DNA from: Minisyncoccia bacterium
GTDB taxonomy: Bacteria > Patescibacteriota > Minisyncoccia > Phycocordibacterales > UBA9973
DNA length: 53,716 nt
Assembly (NCBI GenBank): GCA_044229265.1
Contig: JBGATK010000001.1
Span: 101,776 to 155,491 of the forward strand
Direction of reading: 5' to 3'
Shown: in pieces, positions 10,143 through 18,515 of the stretch
How positions within the stretch are numbered: position 1 is the stretch's first letter
How the letters are laid out: each line of letters starts with the position of its first letter
Made by a program: the position numbers and the translations under genes
The notes under the pieces: generated by a model
What the model was told of the DNA's origin: nothing
Database searches by the model: none
Seen by the model: the letters and a program-made list of their open reading frames with translations, nothing else

Positions 10143-11126
10143 ATGAATAAATTAGGAAAATTAAAAATTGTTTTTCTTTTGGCTTTAATATTTTCTCCAT
10201 TTTTTTCTTTTGCTCAGCTTCGTGTAGGTGATGTTGTTCTTACGATTTCACCTGAAAATCCAAAGGAAGGAGAGCAAATAACTGCGACACTTACTAGTTA
10301 TGCTACAAATTTAAATGTGGCTTATATTTCTTGGCTTACCAACGACAGCTTAGTTACTGAAGGGGTTGGTAAAAAAATCTTTTATTTTAATGCTGGGGAT
10401 TTAAATACTGACATAAATCTAACAGCACGCATAAATACCACAGAAGGTGATACTATTTTAAAAACTATCACCATATCTCCTACAGAGATAGATCTACTTT
10501 GGGAAGCTACTGATTCCTATGTGCCACCTTTTTACAAAGGCAAAGCTCTAATAGCACAAGAAGGAACATACAAAGTTGTAGCAATACCAAATGTATATTC
10601 TTTGGGTGGTAAAATAAATCCACTAAATCTCTCTTACACTTGGGTTAGAGACGGCACAGTATCGCAGAATTATTCTGGTTGGGGAAAAAATTATTATATT
10701 TTCAAAAATAGCTATCTAGAAAAAGAAAACGAAATAGAAGTAAGTGCAGTAGATATTTTAGGTAAAGTAAAACCTGTTGGCAAAACTACACTCGAAACAT
10801 TTACTCCTAAGGTAATTTTCTATAAAAAAAACCCAGAGTTTGGTTTGGATTTGAGTAAAGGCATACAAAATAACTATAATTTAGACAAAGAAGGTGAAAC
10901 CTTGGTAGCTGTACCTTATTTTTTCTCTCCTAAGAATCTAAATAAAGATGAATTAAAATTTGAGTGGACTATAGATGAGGATAGAATTTCAACTCCTACA
11001 AATAAAAACGAGATCAGTCTAAAAGGTGAAGAAGGGAATAGTGGAACATCTGTCATAAAACTTTTAATAAAAAATACTAAAACACTTTTTCAAGAGTTAG
11101 AAACAAGCATTAATGTCAATTTTTAA
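10143..11126 (+). CDS. secreted protein of unknown function
   Basis: Signal peptide (FLLALIFSPFFSFAQ) with beta-rich composition. Overlaps the next gene by 14 nt. Confidence 0.6.
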   Translation: MNKLGKLKIVFLLALIFSPFFSFAQLRVGDVVLTISPENPKEGEQITATLTSYATNLNVAYISWLTNDSLVTEGVGKKIFYFNAGDLNTDINLTARINTTEGDTILKTITISPTEIDLLWEATDSYVPPFYKGKALIAQEGTYKVVAIPNVYSLGGKINPLNLSYTWVRDGTVSQNYSGWGKNYYIFKNSYLEKENEIEVSAVDILGKVKPVGKTTLETFTPKVIFYKKNPEFGLDLSKGIQNNYNLDKEGETLVAVPYFFSPKNLNKDELKFEWTIDEDRISTPTNKNEISLKGEEGNSGTSVIKLLIKNTKTLFQELETSINVNF

Positions 11127-12045
11127 TAAAAAAAGAATAAGAAATATATTTCTAAGTATTATTATACTTTTTTCTATTACTTTTAGTTTTGCATATGCAC
11201 AAGAAAATGTTTTAAAAGGTAATAAAACTAAAGACACAAATGATACTTACAATTTACTTGCACCTTTTGGCGATAAACTAAAATCTTTCTCTACAGACAC
11301 AGAATGTGCCCTGACAGGTTATGTAAATATTATTTTTGATTTATTTATTGGCATTTGTGCAGTACTCGCTTTTGTAATGTTGGTAATAGGAGGAATTCAA
11401 TATATGGGTAGTGAGCTAATTTCCAGTAAAGAAGCCGCTAAAAGCCAAGCCACGAACGCTATATTAGGCCTCCTAGTCGCTTTTTCTGCTTGGCTAATAC
11501 TAAATACCATAAACCCAAAACTACTAGATTTTTGTTTAGATAAGAATTTACCGAATGTAGAAATCTCAGCAGAAACTCACGAAGAAACTCTAGGTGTTGA
11601 AGGTAAAAATGCCGTATTGTTTAATGGTCAAACTTTAACAGCTTGTAATCCTGCAGATATTACAAAAATAAATTTTATGGGTAAAGAAATAGAAGTAAAT
11701 AAAGCTGTAGCGTCTGAATTAAATGAAATAAATAAAGAGTGGCTTTTTACCGTAGATCCTGAAATAAAAAATTATAAAATAGACACTATTTATGGTTATG
11801 TTTGTAAACATGTTAAAGATCAACCTACTAAAACTTCAGCTCATTCATTTGGACTTGCTTTAGATATTAATCCTGGCCAAAATCCATACACAAAATCAGG
11901 ATGCCAAACAAACATGCCTCCTAGTTTTGTGAGATTATTTACATCCCGTGGTTGGGGTTGGGGAGGCAATTGGTCAAGCGTTAAAGATCCAATGCATTTT
12001 AGCAAATTAAGCACAGAAACAAGGGGTAATGCTCCTTGTCCATAA
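11113..12045 (+). CDS. fusion of a TrbC/VirB2-like pilin module and an M15-family peptidoglycan peptidase
   Basis: Signal peptide, then two hydrophobic helices flanking a short polar loop (AVLAFVMLVIGGIQYMGSE...ILGLLVAFSAWLILNTI), which is a VirB2-like layout. The C-terminal half carries SAHSFGLALDINP and WGWGGNW...DPMHF, the zinc-ligand motifs of M15 (VanY/endolysin-type) peptidases. Confidence 0.65.
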   Translation: MSIFNKKRIRNIFLSIIILFSITFSFAYAQENVLKGNKTKDTNDTYNLLAPFGDKLKSFSTDTECALTGYVNIIFDLFIGICAVLAFVMLVIGGIQYMGSELISSKEAAKSQATNAILGLLVAFSAWLILNTINPKLLDFCLDKNLPNVEISAETHEETLGVEGKNAVLFNGQTLTACNPADITKINFMGKEIEVNKAVASELNEINKEWLFTVDPEIKNYKIDTIYGYVCKHVKDQPTKTSAHSFGLALDINPGQNPYTKSGCQTNMPPSFVRLFTSRGWGWGGNWSSVKDPMHFSKLSTETRGNAPCP

Positions 12046-13412
12046 AATTTATGTCAAAAAATAAACTTATAGTTATAATAGTAATTTTTATTCTCTTAGC
12101 AGGAGGAGGCTTTTGGTATTTTAATATACAAAAAACTACAGGTGGAGAAAATAAAGGAAATTCTTTTACAAATTTTTTCGCCAGCTTTAATCCTTTTGCA
12201 AAAATCACAAACAAAGATGAAAATGGTGATGGAATAATAGATGTGAATGAGGGTGAAGAAAATGGGGAAGGTACTGTAAATAAAGCTCGTTTTTTTCGTC
12301 TATCAAGTAGTCCAATTTCTGGTTATACTGTTTTTCAAAAAGAACGCTATTTAGATTTATCTAAAGAAGCAGAAATACAAGATGGCCTAGAAGAAGAAAT
12401 AAAAAACCTAGATACTATTGACTCTAGTATTAATACTGATTCCGATCTATCTGCCCCTAGCACTGAATACGCTCCTTTTATTCGTTATGCTGAAAAATCA
12501 ACTGGTAATATTTATCAAACTTTTGCTGATAAAATCAGTGAGCGCAAATACTCAAGCACGATAGTCAAAGGTGTGCATGAAAGTATTTTTGGTGCTAATG
12601 GTGAAAATGTAATTATGCGTTATCTAAAAACAGATGGTCATACTATATCTTCTTATGTAGGAACACTACCAAAAGAAACACTTGGCGCGGATTCTATAAC
12701 TGCAAATGATTTAACTGGTGCTTTTCTGCCTGAAGGTGTGCTCGAAGCTACTTATTCTAATGATGGAACAAAAATGTTTTATATATTACCCTACAAAGAT
12801 GGAGTAGTGGGTATTAGTGCTTTTGCTGATAGTAGTCGAAAAAATCAAATATTTGAATCTGCTTTTAGCGAATGGCTTCTGGACTGGCCTAGTAAAGACA
12901 TAATAACCCTAACGACTAAACCAGCTTCAATTGCAGATGGTTTTATGTATACTTTAAATCCAAATACAAAATCTTTCGATAAAGTAATAGGCGGAATCAA
13001 GGGGCTGACAACTAAAATGAGTCCAAATGGAGCTTATGTCCTGTTTGCAGATAAAGACTTAACCCTAAGCATTTACAATACAGCAAAGAAGCAAAAAACT
13101 CAGCTTCCTATAAAAACTTTACCAGAAAAATGTGTTTGGGGTAGTAATAATGAAACTATTTACTGCGGTGTGCCTAAATATGTTGAAAAAAGTGATTATC
13201 CGGATTCTTGGTATCAAGGGTTAATAAGTTTTAATGATGATATTTGGAAGATAGATGTAATAAGTGGTAATGCTGATCTAGTATTAGAACCTGGCCAATA
13301 TTTAGAAAATACCAATCTAGATATGATAAATTTAAAAGTTGATGAAAATATGAATTATCTATTTTTAATGGATAGAAAGACCAATTATCTTTACGAATAT
13401 AAATTAATATAA
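12036..13412 (+). CDS. membrane-anchored protein, possibly beta-propeller (TolB/PD40-like repeats)
   Basis: N-terminal TM helix (LIVIIVIFILLAGGGFWYF). Later segments such as SPNGAYVLFADKD resemble PD40 repeats. Last gene of the operon and followed by a terminator. Confidence 0.55.
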   Translation: MSIKFMSKNKLIVIIVIFILLAGGGFWYFNIQKTTGGENKGNSFTNFFASFNPFAKITNKDENGDGIIDVNEGEENGEGTVNKARFFRLSSSPISGYTVFQKERYLDLSKEAEIQDGLEEEIKNLDTIDSSINTDSDLSAPSTEYAPFIRYAEKSTGNIYQTFADKISERKYSSTIVKGVHESIFGANGENVIMRYLKTDGHTISSYVGTLPKETLGADSITANDLTGAFLPEGVLEATYSNDGTKMFYILPYKDGVVGISAFADSSRKNQIFESAFSEWLLDWPSKDIITLTTKPASIADGFMYTLNPNTKSFDKVIGGIKGLTTKMSPNGAYVLFADKDLTLSIYNTAKKQKTQLPIKTLPEKCVWGSNNETIYCGVPKYVEKSDYPDSWYQGLISFNDDIWKIDVISGNADLVLEPGQYLENTNLDMINLKVDENMNYLFLMDRKTNYLYEYKLI

Positions 13413-13440
13413 AAAACTCCCCAATATATTGGGGAGTTTT
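13413..13440. terminator. bidirectional intrinsic terminator between convergent genes
   Basis: A 10-bp perfect stem (aaaactcccc / ggggagtttt) with an 8-nt loop, flanked by A-run and T-run. It overlaps the jag stop codon. Confidence 0.8.
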
Positions 13441-13921
13441 AAATATTGCCGATATATTTTATAACTACTCGACGATCTCTTCCGTATCCTTCAGATTCGG
13501 TTTTAAGATCAGTAGCATCTTGCAAGAATTCGTGTACTATTCTGCGTTCAAAAGGGGACATAGGGTCCACATCAATATTTGATTTAAAGTATCTAGCCCT
13601 CTCCGCCATCATATGTGCTACAGCTTTTATGTTTTCTACACGCTTTTTCTGAAAATCATTTATGTCTATCATTACTTCATACGGAAACTCTTCTCCTGTG
13701 CCATATTTATTTTCAAAAATTCTTTTAACTATATGGTTTAAAGCAACCAATGCTTCACCTTCACGCAAAATAAATAGGCCTGGGTCGTTTACCCGCACTT
13801 TATACCACAAATTTTTACCATTTGAACTTGTTTCATCTTCTTCCACCTCTAAGCCTTCAGCAAATACAAGACTATGAGTGAGTAAATCTTTTATTACTTT
13901 TTTAATAAAATCTTTTTCCAT
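13439..13921 (-). CDS. jag: Jag/KhpB RNA-binding protein (KH + R3H)
   Basis: R3H signature ERRIVHEFL...SEGYGRDRRVVI at the C-terminus. Canonical position downstream of yidC. Confidence 0.8.
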   Translation of the reverse strand: MEKDFIKKVIKDLLTHSLVFAEGLEVEEDETSSNGKNLWYKVRVNDPGLFILREGEALVALNHIVKRIFENKYGTGEEFPYEVMIDINDFQKKRVENIKAVAHMMAERARYFKSNIDVDPMSPFERRIVHEFLQDATDLKTESEGYGRDRRVVIKYIGNI

Positions 13922-13925
13922 ATAT

Positions 13926-14654
13926 TTATTTTGCCTCTAAATTCAAACTCTTAATGTGTTTATTTATATAAATTTGTTGTAGCATCGTAAAGATATTATT
14001 CGTAATCCAGTAAAGTGCTACTGCTCCAGAAATACGGTGCGCAATAAATATTACAATAAATGGAAAAACATATTTCATTTGCATTTGTAAACTCTTGTTT
14101 AGAGAGTCTTGAAAACCACCAGCTTTTACAACTTGATTTGTTGGTTTTGGCATATAAAAAGCTTGGAAGAACTGAGAAATTCCGGCTAAAATTGCTAAAA
14201 CCCAACTTTTTTCTGTAATATCAAGAAGTCCTAAGAAATTTGTAGTTATAACTGCTGGAACTTTTACAAACGAATAAAATATAGAAGTATCAAAATGCAG
14301 TCCTTTCAAGAAAACGTAATATAAAGCAAAAATTATAGGAATTTGGACTAAAACAAGCAAACAACCAGAGAAAGGATTTGCTTTGTGTTTTTTATATAAC
14401 TCAAAAGTAAGCCGTGCTTGTTCTTCTTTACTAGCTCCACTTTCTTTTATTTTATTTAGCTCAGGAGCTAGAATATTCATCCTAGCCTGTCCCTCAATAG
14501 ATTTTTTAGAAATAGGGTATAGTATGATTTTTACTAAAATAGTGAGTAGTATAACGGCTATACCCAAATCACCCCCAGGCACCACAGAGACTATTAGGGC
14601 TAAGATATTAGCAAGTGGTTCATATAAAACAGTGTTCCAAAGATTTATAAGCAT
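13926..14654 (-). CDS. yidC: membrane protein insertase YidC (short form)
   Basis: 242-aa polytopic protein in the rnpA-yidD-yidC-jag order, with a Lys/Arg-rich C-terminal tail. Confidence 0.85.
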   Translation of the reverse strand: MLINLWNTVLYEPLANILALIVSVVPGGDLGIAVILLTILVKIILYPISKKSIEGQARMNILAPELNKIKESGASKEEQARLTFELYKKHKANPFSGCLLVLVQIPIIFALYYVFLKGLHFDTSIFYSFVKVPAVITTNFLGLLDITEKSWVLAILAGISQFFQAFYMPKPTNQVVKAGGFQDSLNKSLQMQMKYVFPFIVIFIAHRISGAVALYWITNNIFTMLQQIYINKHIKSLNLEAK

Positions 14655-14692
14655 TTCCTTATTCTATATGAAAAAACACAAAAAATCCAATT

Positions 14693-14914
14693 TTAATTTA
14701 ATTTATCTATTCTAGGAGTATTAAAGGGATGACATTTAAAAATTCTCTTAAAACCCAAAAACATTCCCTTAAAGGCTCCGTATTTTATAACAGCCTCTTT
14801 TGTATACTCTGAGCAAGAAGGAAAAAATATACAGGTTGGCCTAAAATAATATTTACTTATGTATTTTTGATATGAATTTATTAAAAAAATAAGTATTTTT
14901 GACATTTTATTCAA
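14693..14914 (-). CDS. yidD: membrane protein insertion efficiency factor YidD
   Basis: The motif CIFFPSCSEYTKEAVIKYG matches the YidD signature (C-x-F-x-PSCS-x-Y). Positioned after rnpA. Confidence 0.85.
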   Translation of the reverse strand: MNKMSKILIFLINSYQKYISKYYFRPTCIFFPSCSEYTKEAVIKYGAFKGMFLGFKRIFKCHPFNTPRIDKLN

Positions 14915-14915
14915 T

Positions 14916-15275
14916 TTATAACTTAGAGATAAAGAAATTTATCTCTTCTTCTAGTTTTTTAAGAGACAAAATGCCTTTTTTACCACTTTCAGCAAAGATT
15001 TTAGTGCTATTTTTACCGAAAACAAATACTGCTTTTAATTTTTGAGGTAGGGAAGAGAGTTTTTTTTGAATTATTTGATAACCCCTGCGACGCAATCTAT
15101 TGCGAATTACTGCCTTTTTACTTACTGTTTTTGGCACAATAAAGGCCACTTTTGGTTCTTTTTCTGTAGAATTTACTAAAAATCGCAAGTTTAAATTAGG
15201 CGAAAATACAGAAGAGCCTTTTTTAAACATCTCTTCTATGTCTTTTTTTGTTACTCTATTTTTCTTTAAAAGCAT
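14916..15275 (-). CDS. rnpA: RNase P protein component
   Basis: RNR motif (VIRNRLRRRGY), basic 119-aa protein, immediately downstream of rpmH. Confidence 0.85.
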   Translation of the reverse strand: MLLKKNRVTKKDIEEMFKKGSSVFSPNLNLRFLVNSTEKEPKVAFIVPKTVSKKAVIRNRLRRRGYQIIQKKLSSLPQKLKAVFVFGKNSTKIFAESGKKGILSLKKLEEEINFFISKL

Positions 15276-15303
15276 AATATCCTTATAAATAAAGGATTAA
15301 ATC

Positions 15304-15438
15304 TTATACAGCTAATTTAGCTCGTCCCTTTTGGCGCCTACCAGCTATAACCTTCTTTCCATTAGAGGTCTTAGATCTGGACAAAAAGCCGTGAGTTCGT
15401 GCTCTTTTTCGTTTATTAGGTTTATATGTAAATGACAT
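15304..15438 (-). CDS. rpmH: 50S ribosomal protein L34
   Basis: Not in the ORF track because it is under 60 aa. My manual translation is [44 protein letters not shown], which matches the L34 consensus. Classic rpmH-rnpA arrangement divergent from dnaA. Confidence 0.9.
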   Translation of the reverse strand: MSFTYKPNKRKRARTHGFLSRSKTSNGKKVIAGRRQKGRAKLAV

Positions 15439-15492
15439 AACCAGAGTATATATTATATTTTCTTTCAAGTCAAAAATTCTTTAAAATATAAG

Positions 15493-15521
15493 TAATCCAC
15501 ATTATCAACAGGTTATCAACA
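15493..15521 (+). promoter_or_regulatory. three tandem DnaA-box-like 9-mers
   Basis: taatccaca (15493-15501), ttatcaaca (15502-15510) and ttatcaaca (15513-15521), each one mismatch from TTATCCACA. Located in the rpmH-dnaA spacer. Confidence 0.6.
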
Positions 15522-15563
15522 TAATTGGAGTATAAATAAGATTTTAAAAAAGAGTTTAGATAG

Positions 15564-15569
15564 TATAAT
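15564..15569 (+). promoter_or_regulatory. -10 element (TATAAT) of dnaA, 7 nt before the ATG
   Basis: tagTATAATcataccaATG. The spacing implies a leaderless or near-leaderless transcript. Confidence 0.5.
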
Positions 15570-15576
15570 CATACCA

Positions 15577-16917
15577 ATGGATACAAAACAACTTTGGAAT
15601 AACTGTTTACAAGCATTTGAAGCAGAGGTATCTAAGGCAAATTTTAGCACTTGGTTTAAAAACACATCTATCGTGAAAGACGAAGAGGGGATAATACATA
15701 TCGGTGTACCAAATGAATTTGTTCGTGATTGGCTAAAGCATAAATATCATAAAATGATCACCAAGAATATTGCTGATTTGTATGAAAACATGCGTGCGGT
15801 AGAGTATGTGATAATAAAACTAGATCAAAATAAAGAAAATGTTGATAAAAAGGTTGAAAACTTTTCAAACGAAGAACTTCCACTAAAAGATCTATATATA
15901 AACCCAGATGATAATCTAAACCCTAGATATAGATTTGATACTTTTATCGTTGGTGGTTTCAACGAGCTCGCTTACGCAGCTACTCAAGCTATCATCGATT
16001 CTCCTGGCACTAAATACAATCCATTCTTTATTTATGGTGGCACAGGTCTTGGAAAAACCCACCTTATTCAGGCAGTAGGGAATGCTATAAAAGAAAGACA
16101 CCCAAACAAAAAAGTAAATTACATTACTTTAGAAAAATTTGCTACTGATTTTATAAATTCCCTTCAAGGAAATCGGGCTAACTCTTTCAAAGAGAAGTAT
16201 AGAAAGTACGACCTTCTAATAATTGACGATATTCAGTTCATAGGGAAGATGGAAAAAATACAAGAAGAACTTTTTCACACCTTTAATACTTTTTATGAAA
16301 ATAATAAGCAAATTATCTTTTCTTCTGATAAACACCCGAACCATATTCCAGAGCTCGCAGATCGTCTAAAATCACGTTTTGCTCAAGGAATGATAGTCGA
16401 CGTAGCTGAACCGGAATTTGAATCCAGGCTCGCAATTTTAAAGGTAAAAACCACAGAACAAGGTGTTTATTTAGATAAAGAAATTTTAGAATATATTGCA
16501 TCTGTAATTCGTGGCAACATAAGAGAACTTGAAGGAAGTTTAAATACAGTGGTTTGCCAATATAAACTCAAGAAGAATATATCTCTAAATGAAGTAAAAA
16601 ATATATTAAAAAATAATATCAAACCTAAAAAAACGGTTGCTATAAAAGATGTAGTAAAGACAGTTAGTGATTATTACAACATAGAAGAATCTTCAATATA
16701 TGATAAAACCAGAAGAAAAGAGATAGTAAAAGCTCGCCAAATAGTTATGTTTATCCTGCGAGAAGATTTTAATGTGTCTTATCCTCTCATAGGTCAAAAA
16801 CTAGGAGGAAAAGATCATACTACTGTTATCCACTCATACTTAAAAATAAAAGAAGATATGGCAGCAGACCCAGAGTTATCCCAAGAATTAGAACAAATAA
16901 GAATTATGTTTAAATAG
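15577..16917 (+). CDS. dnaA: chromosomal replication initiator DnaA
   Basis: Walker A GGTGLGKTHL, Walker B LLIIDDIQF, sensor and box VII region, and a C-terminal DNA-binding helix (GGKDHTTVIH). Confidence 0.97.
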   Translation: MDTKQLWNNCLQAFEAEVSKANFSTWFKNTSIVKDEEGIIHIGVPNEFVRDWLKHKYHKMITKNIADLYENMRAVEYVIIKLDQNKENVDKKVENFSNEELPLKDLYINPDDNLNPRYRFDTFIVGGFNELAYAATQAIIDSPGTKYNPFFIYGGTGLGKTHLIQAVGNAIKERHPNKKVNYITLEKFATDFINSLQGNRANSFKEKYRKYDLLIIDDIQFIGKMEKIQEELFHTFNTFYENNKQIIFSSDKHPNHIPELADRLKSRFAQGMIVDVAEPEFESRLAILKVKTTEQGVYLDKEILEYIASVIRGNIRELEGSLNTVVCQYKLKKNISLNEVKNILKNNIKPKKTVAIKDVVKTVSDYYNIEESSIYDKTRRKEIVKARQIVMFILREDFNVSYPLIGQKLGGKDHTTVIHSYLKIKEDMAADPELSQELEQIRIMFK

Positions 16918-17155
16918 CTGTGGATAAAGGTGTAAAAAACAAGTAAAAGTATTTAATAAAACTGTTTATAAATAAAAATAATTGTGTATAAAAAAATAGT
17001 AATAAATTATAGTGTGCATAAAAGTAAGTTTATTAACTTTTTTAAAAAAATAAAATATTAAAAAAACATTATTAAATAAGATTAAAAAAAGTTTTCCACT
17101 TATCAACAGGGCTAATAGTAGTAATAAATTATATATATAAATAATAAACAAAAAT
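16918..17155. other. candidate oriC / DNA-unwinding region (dnaA-dnaN spacer)
   Basis: Extremely AT-rich 238-bp spacer. Bounded by a perfect DnaA box (tgtggataa, 16919-16927, reverse orientation) and ttatcaaca at 17100-17108 next to ttttccact. Confidence 0.6.
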
Positions 17156-18253
17156 ATGAAACTAGAATGTGATGTAGAAAAAATTAAATATGCTATTAAT
17201 CAAGTAGAAAAAATTACAGGAAAAAATTTAACTCTACCTGTTTTAAACTCAATACTTATAATTGCAGGGAGTAAAGGTTTAAAATTACGTTCTATGAATT
17301 TATCTCTAGGGGTTGAGGTTGAAATACCAGCAAAAATAGAAAAAGAGGGTATTTTAGCTATTACAGGTAGTGTTCTTTCTCAAACATTTTCAAACATTTT
17401 TCAAAAGGATTCTATTTCGCTTGAAGGTGAAGATGGTAATTTAATTATTAAAACAAAAAGAAATAAAATAAAATTAAAAGGTCAGCCATGTGAAGATTTT
17501 CCAACTATACCTTCAGTAGAAGGGTCTTCTTTTGAAGTTGATGCAAAGAAATTCACAGAAGGTATAAAGTCGGTTTATTACAGTGCGGCTTCATCAGATA
17601 TAAAACCAGAGATTTCGAGTGTATGTATTTATTCTGGAGACAATGAATTAATTTTTGTTTCTACTGATTCATTTAGATTAGCTGAGAAAAAAATTAAGTT
17701 AAAAATTAACGAAGAAATTGGAAAAATTTTAATTCCATATAAAAATATTAGTGAAATAATTAGAATTTTTGGTGAAGTTAGTGGGGATTTAAAAATTTTT
17801 TATAATAAAAATCAAATTTCCATAACACACAATAATGTTTACTTAACCTCTAGGATTATAGATGGAGCTTTTCCAGATTATGGGCAAATAATTCCAAAGA
17901 CAAGTAATACTGAAGTTGTTGTTTTAAAACAAGATCTTTTAAATGCTTTAAAATTATCAAATATTTTTGCTGATAAGTTTAATCAAGTTAGTTTAAATAT
18001 TAATCCAAAAGAAAAAATATTTGAAATATCTTCTTTTAGTAATGAAATAGGTGAAAATAAAACAGCATTAGATGCTTCTATGAAGGGTGATAATGTAGAG
18101 CTTTCTTTTAATTATAAATATTTCTTTGATTGTTTTTCTTCTGTAAATACTGATAGCTTGTCTATAAAAATAAATGAACCAATAAAGCCTATAATAGTAA
18201 ACCCAGTAGGAGATAATTCTTTTATTTATCTTATTATGCCTATGAATAAATAG
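17156..18253 (+). CDS. dnaN: DNA polymerase III beta sliding clamp
   Basis: 365 aa, directly after dnaA. C-terminal YLIMPM motif typical of beta clamps. Confidence 0.92.
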   Translation: MKLECDVEKIKYAINQVEKITGKNLTLPVLNSILIIAGSKGLKLRSMNLSLGVEVEIPAKIEKEGILAITGSVLSQTFSNIFQKDSISLEGEDGNLIIKTKRNKIKLKGQPCEDFPTIPSVEGSSFEVDAKKFTEGIKSVYYSAASSDIKPEISSVCIYSGDNELIFVSTDSFRLAEKKIKLKINEEIGKILIPYKNISEIIRIFGEVSGDLKIFYNKNQISITHNNVYLTSRIIDGAFPDYGQIIPKTSNTEVVVLKQDLLNALKLSNIFADKFNQVSLNINPKEKIFEISSFSNEIGENKTALDASMKGDNVELSFNYKYFFDCFSSVNTDSLSIKINEPIKPIIVNPVGDNSFIYLIMPMNK

Positions 18254-18257
18254 TTTT

Positions 18258-18515
18258 ATGATTGAAATAAAAGACTTATTAAATTCTTTTAAAGAAGTTC
18301 TTCTGGGGGAAGAAATTCGTAAAGAAAAAATAGCTTTTATTATTGAAAGTGTAACAAAAATAAAAATAGAAACTAAAAACATAGAGGTTAAAAACAGTAA
18401 GGTTATTTTAGATATAAAGCCAATTTTTAAAAATGAGGTTTTTCTAAAAAAAGAAAAAATATTAGAAGAATTTAGGAATAATTTTTCCAAAAGAGTTCTA
18501 ACAGATATTCTTTAA
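18258..18515 (+). CDS. small hypothetical protein
   Basis: 85-aa Lys/Glu-rich ORF starting 5 nt after dnaN. No motif recognised, and coding status is not assured. Confidence 0.4.
   Translation: MIEIKDLLNSFKEVLLGEEIRKEKIAFIIESVTKIKIETKNIEVKNSKVILDIKPIFKNEVFLKKEKILEEFRNNFSKRVLTDIL

Noticed and set aside
16966-17151. 61-aa minus-strand ORF in the dnaA-dnaN spacer
   Set aside because: This is pure AT-rich spacer and the translation is Ile/Leu/Phe/Tyr/Asn only. The region is better explained as the oriC unwinding element.
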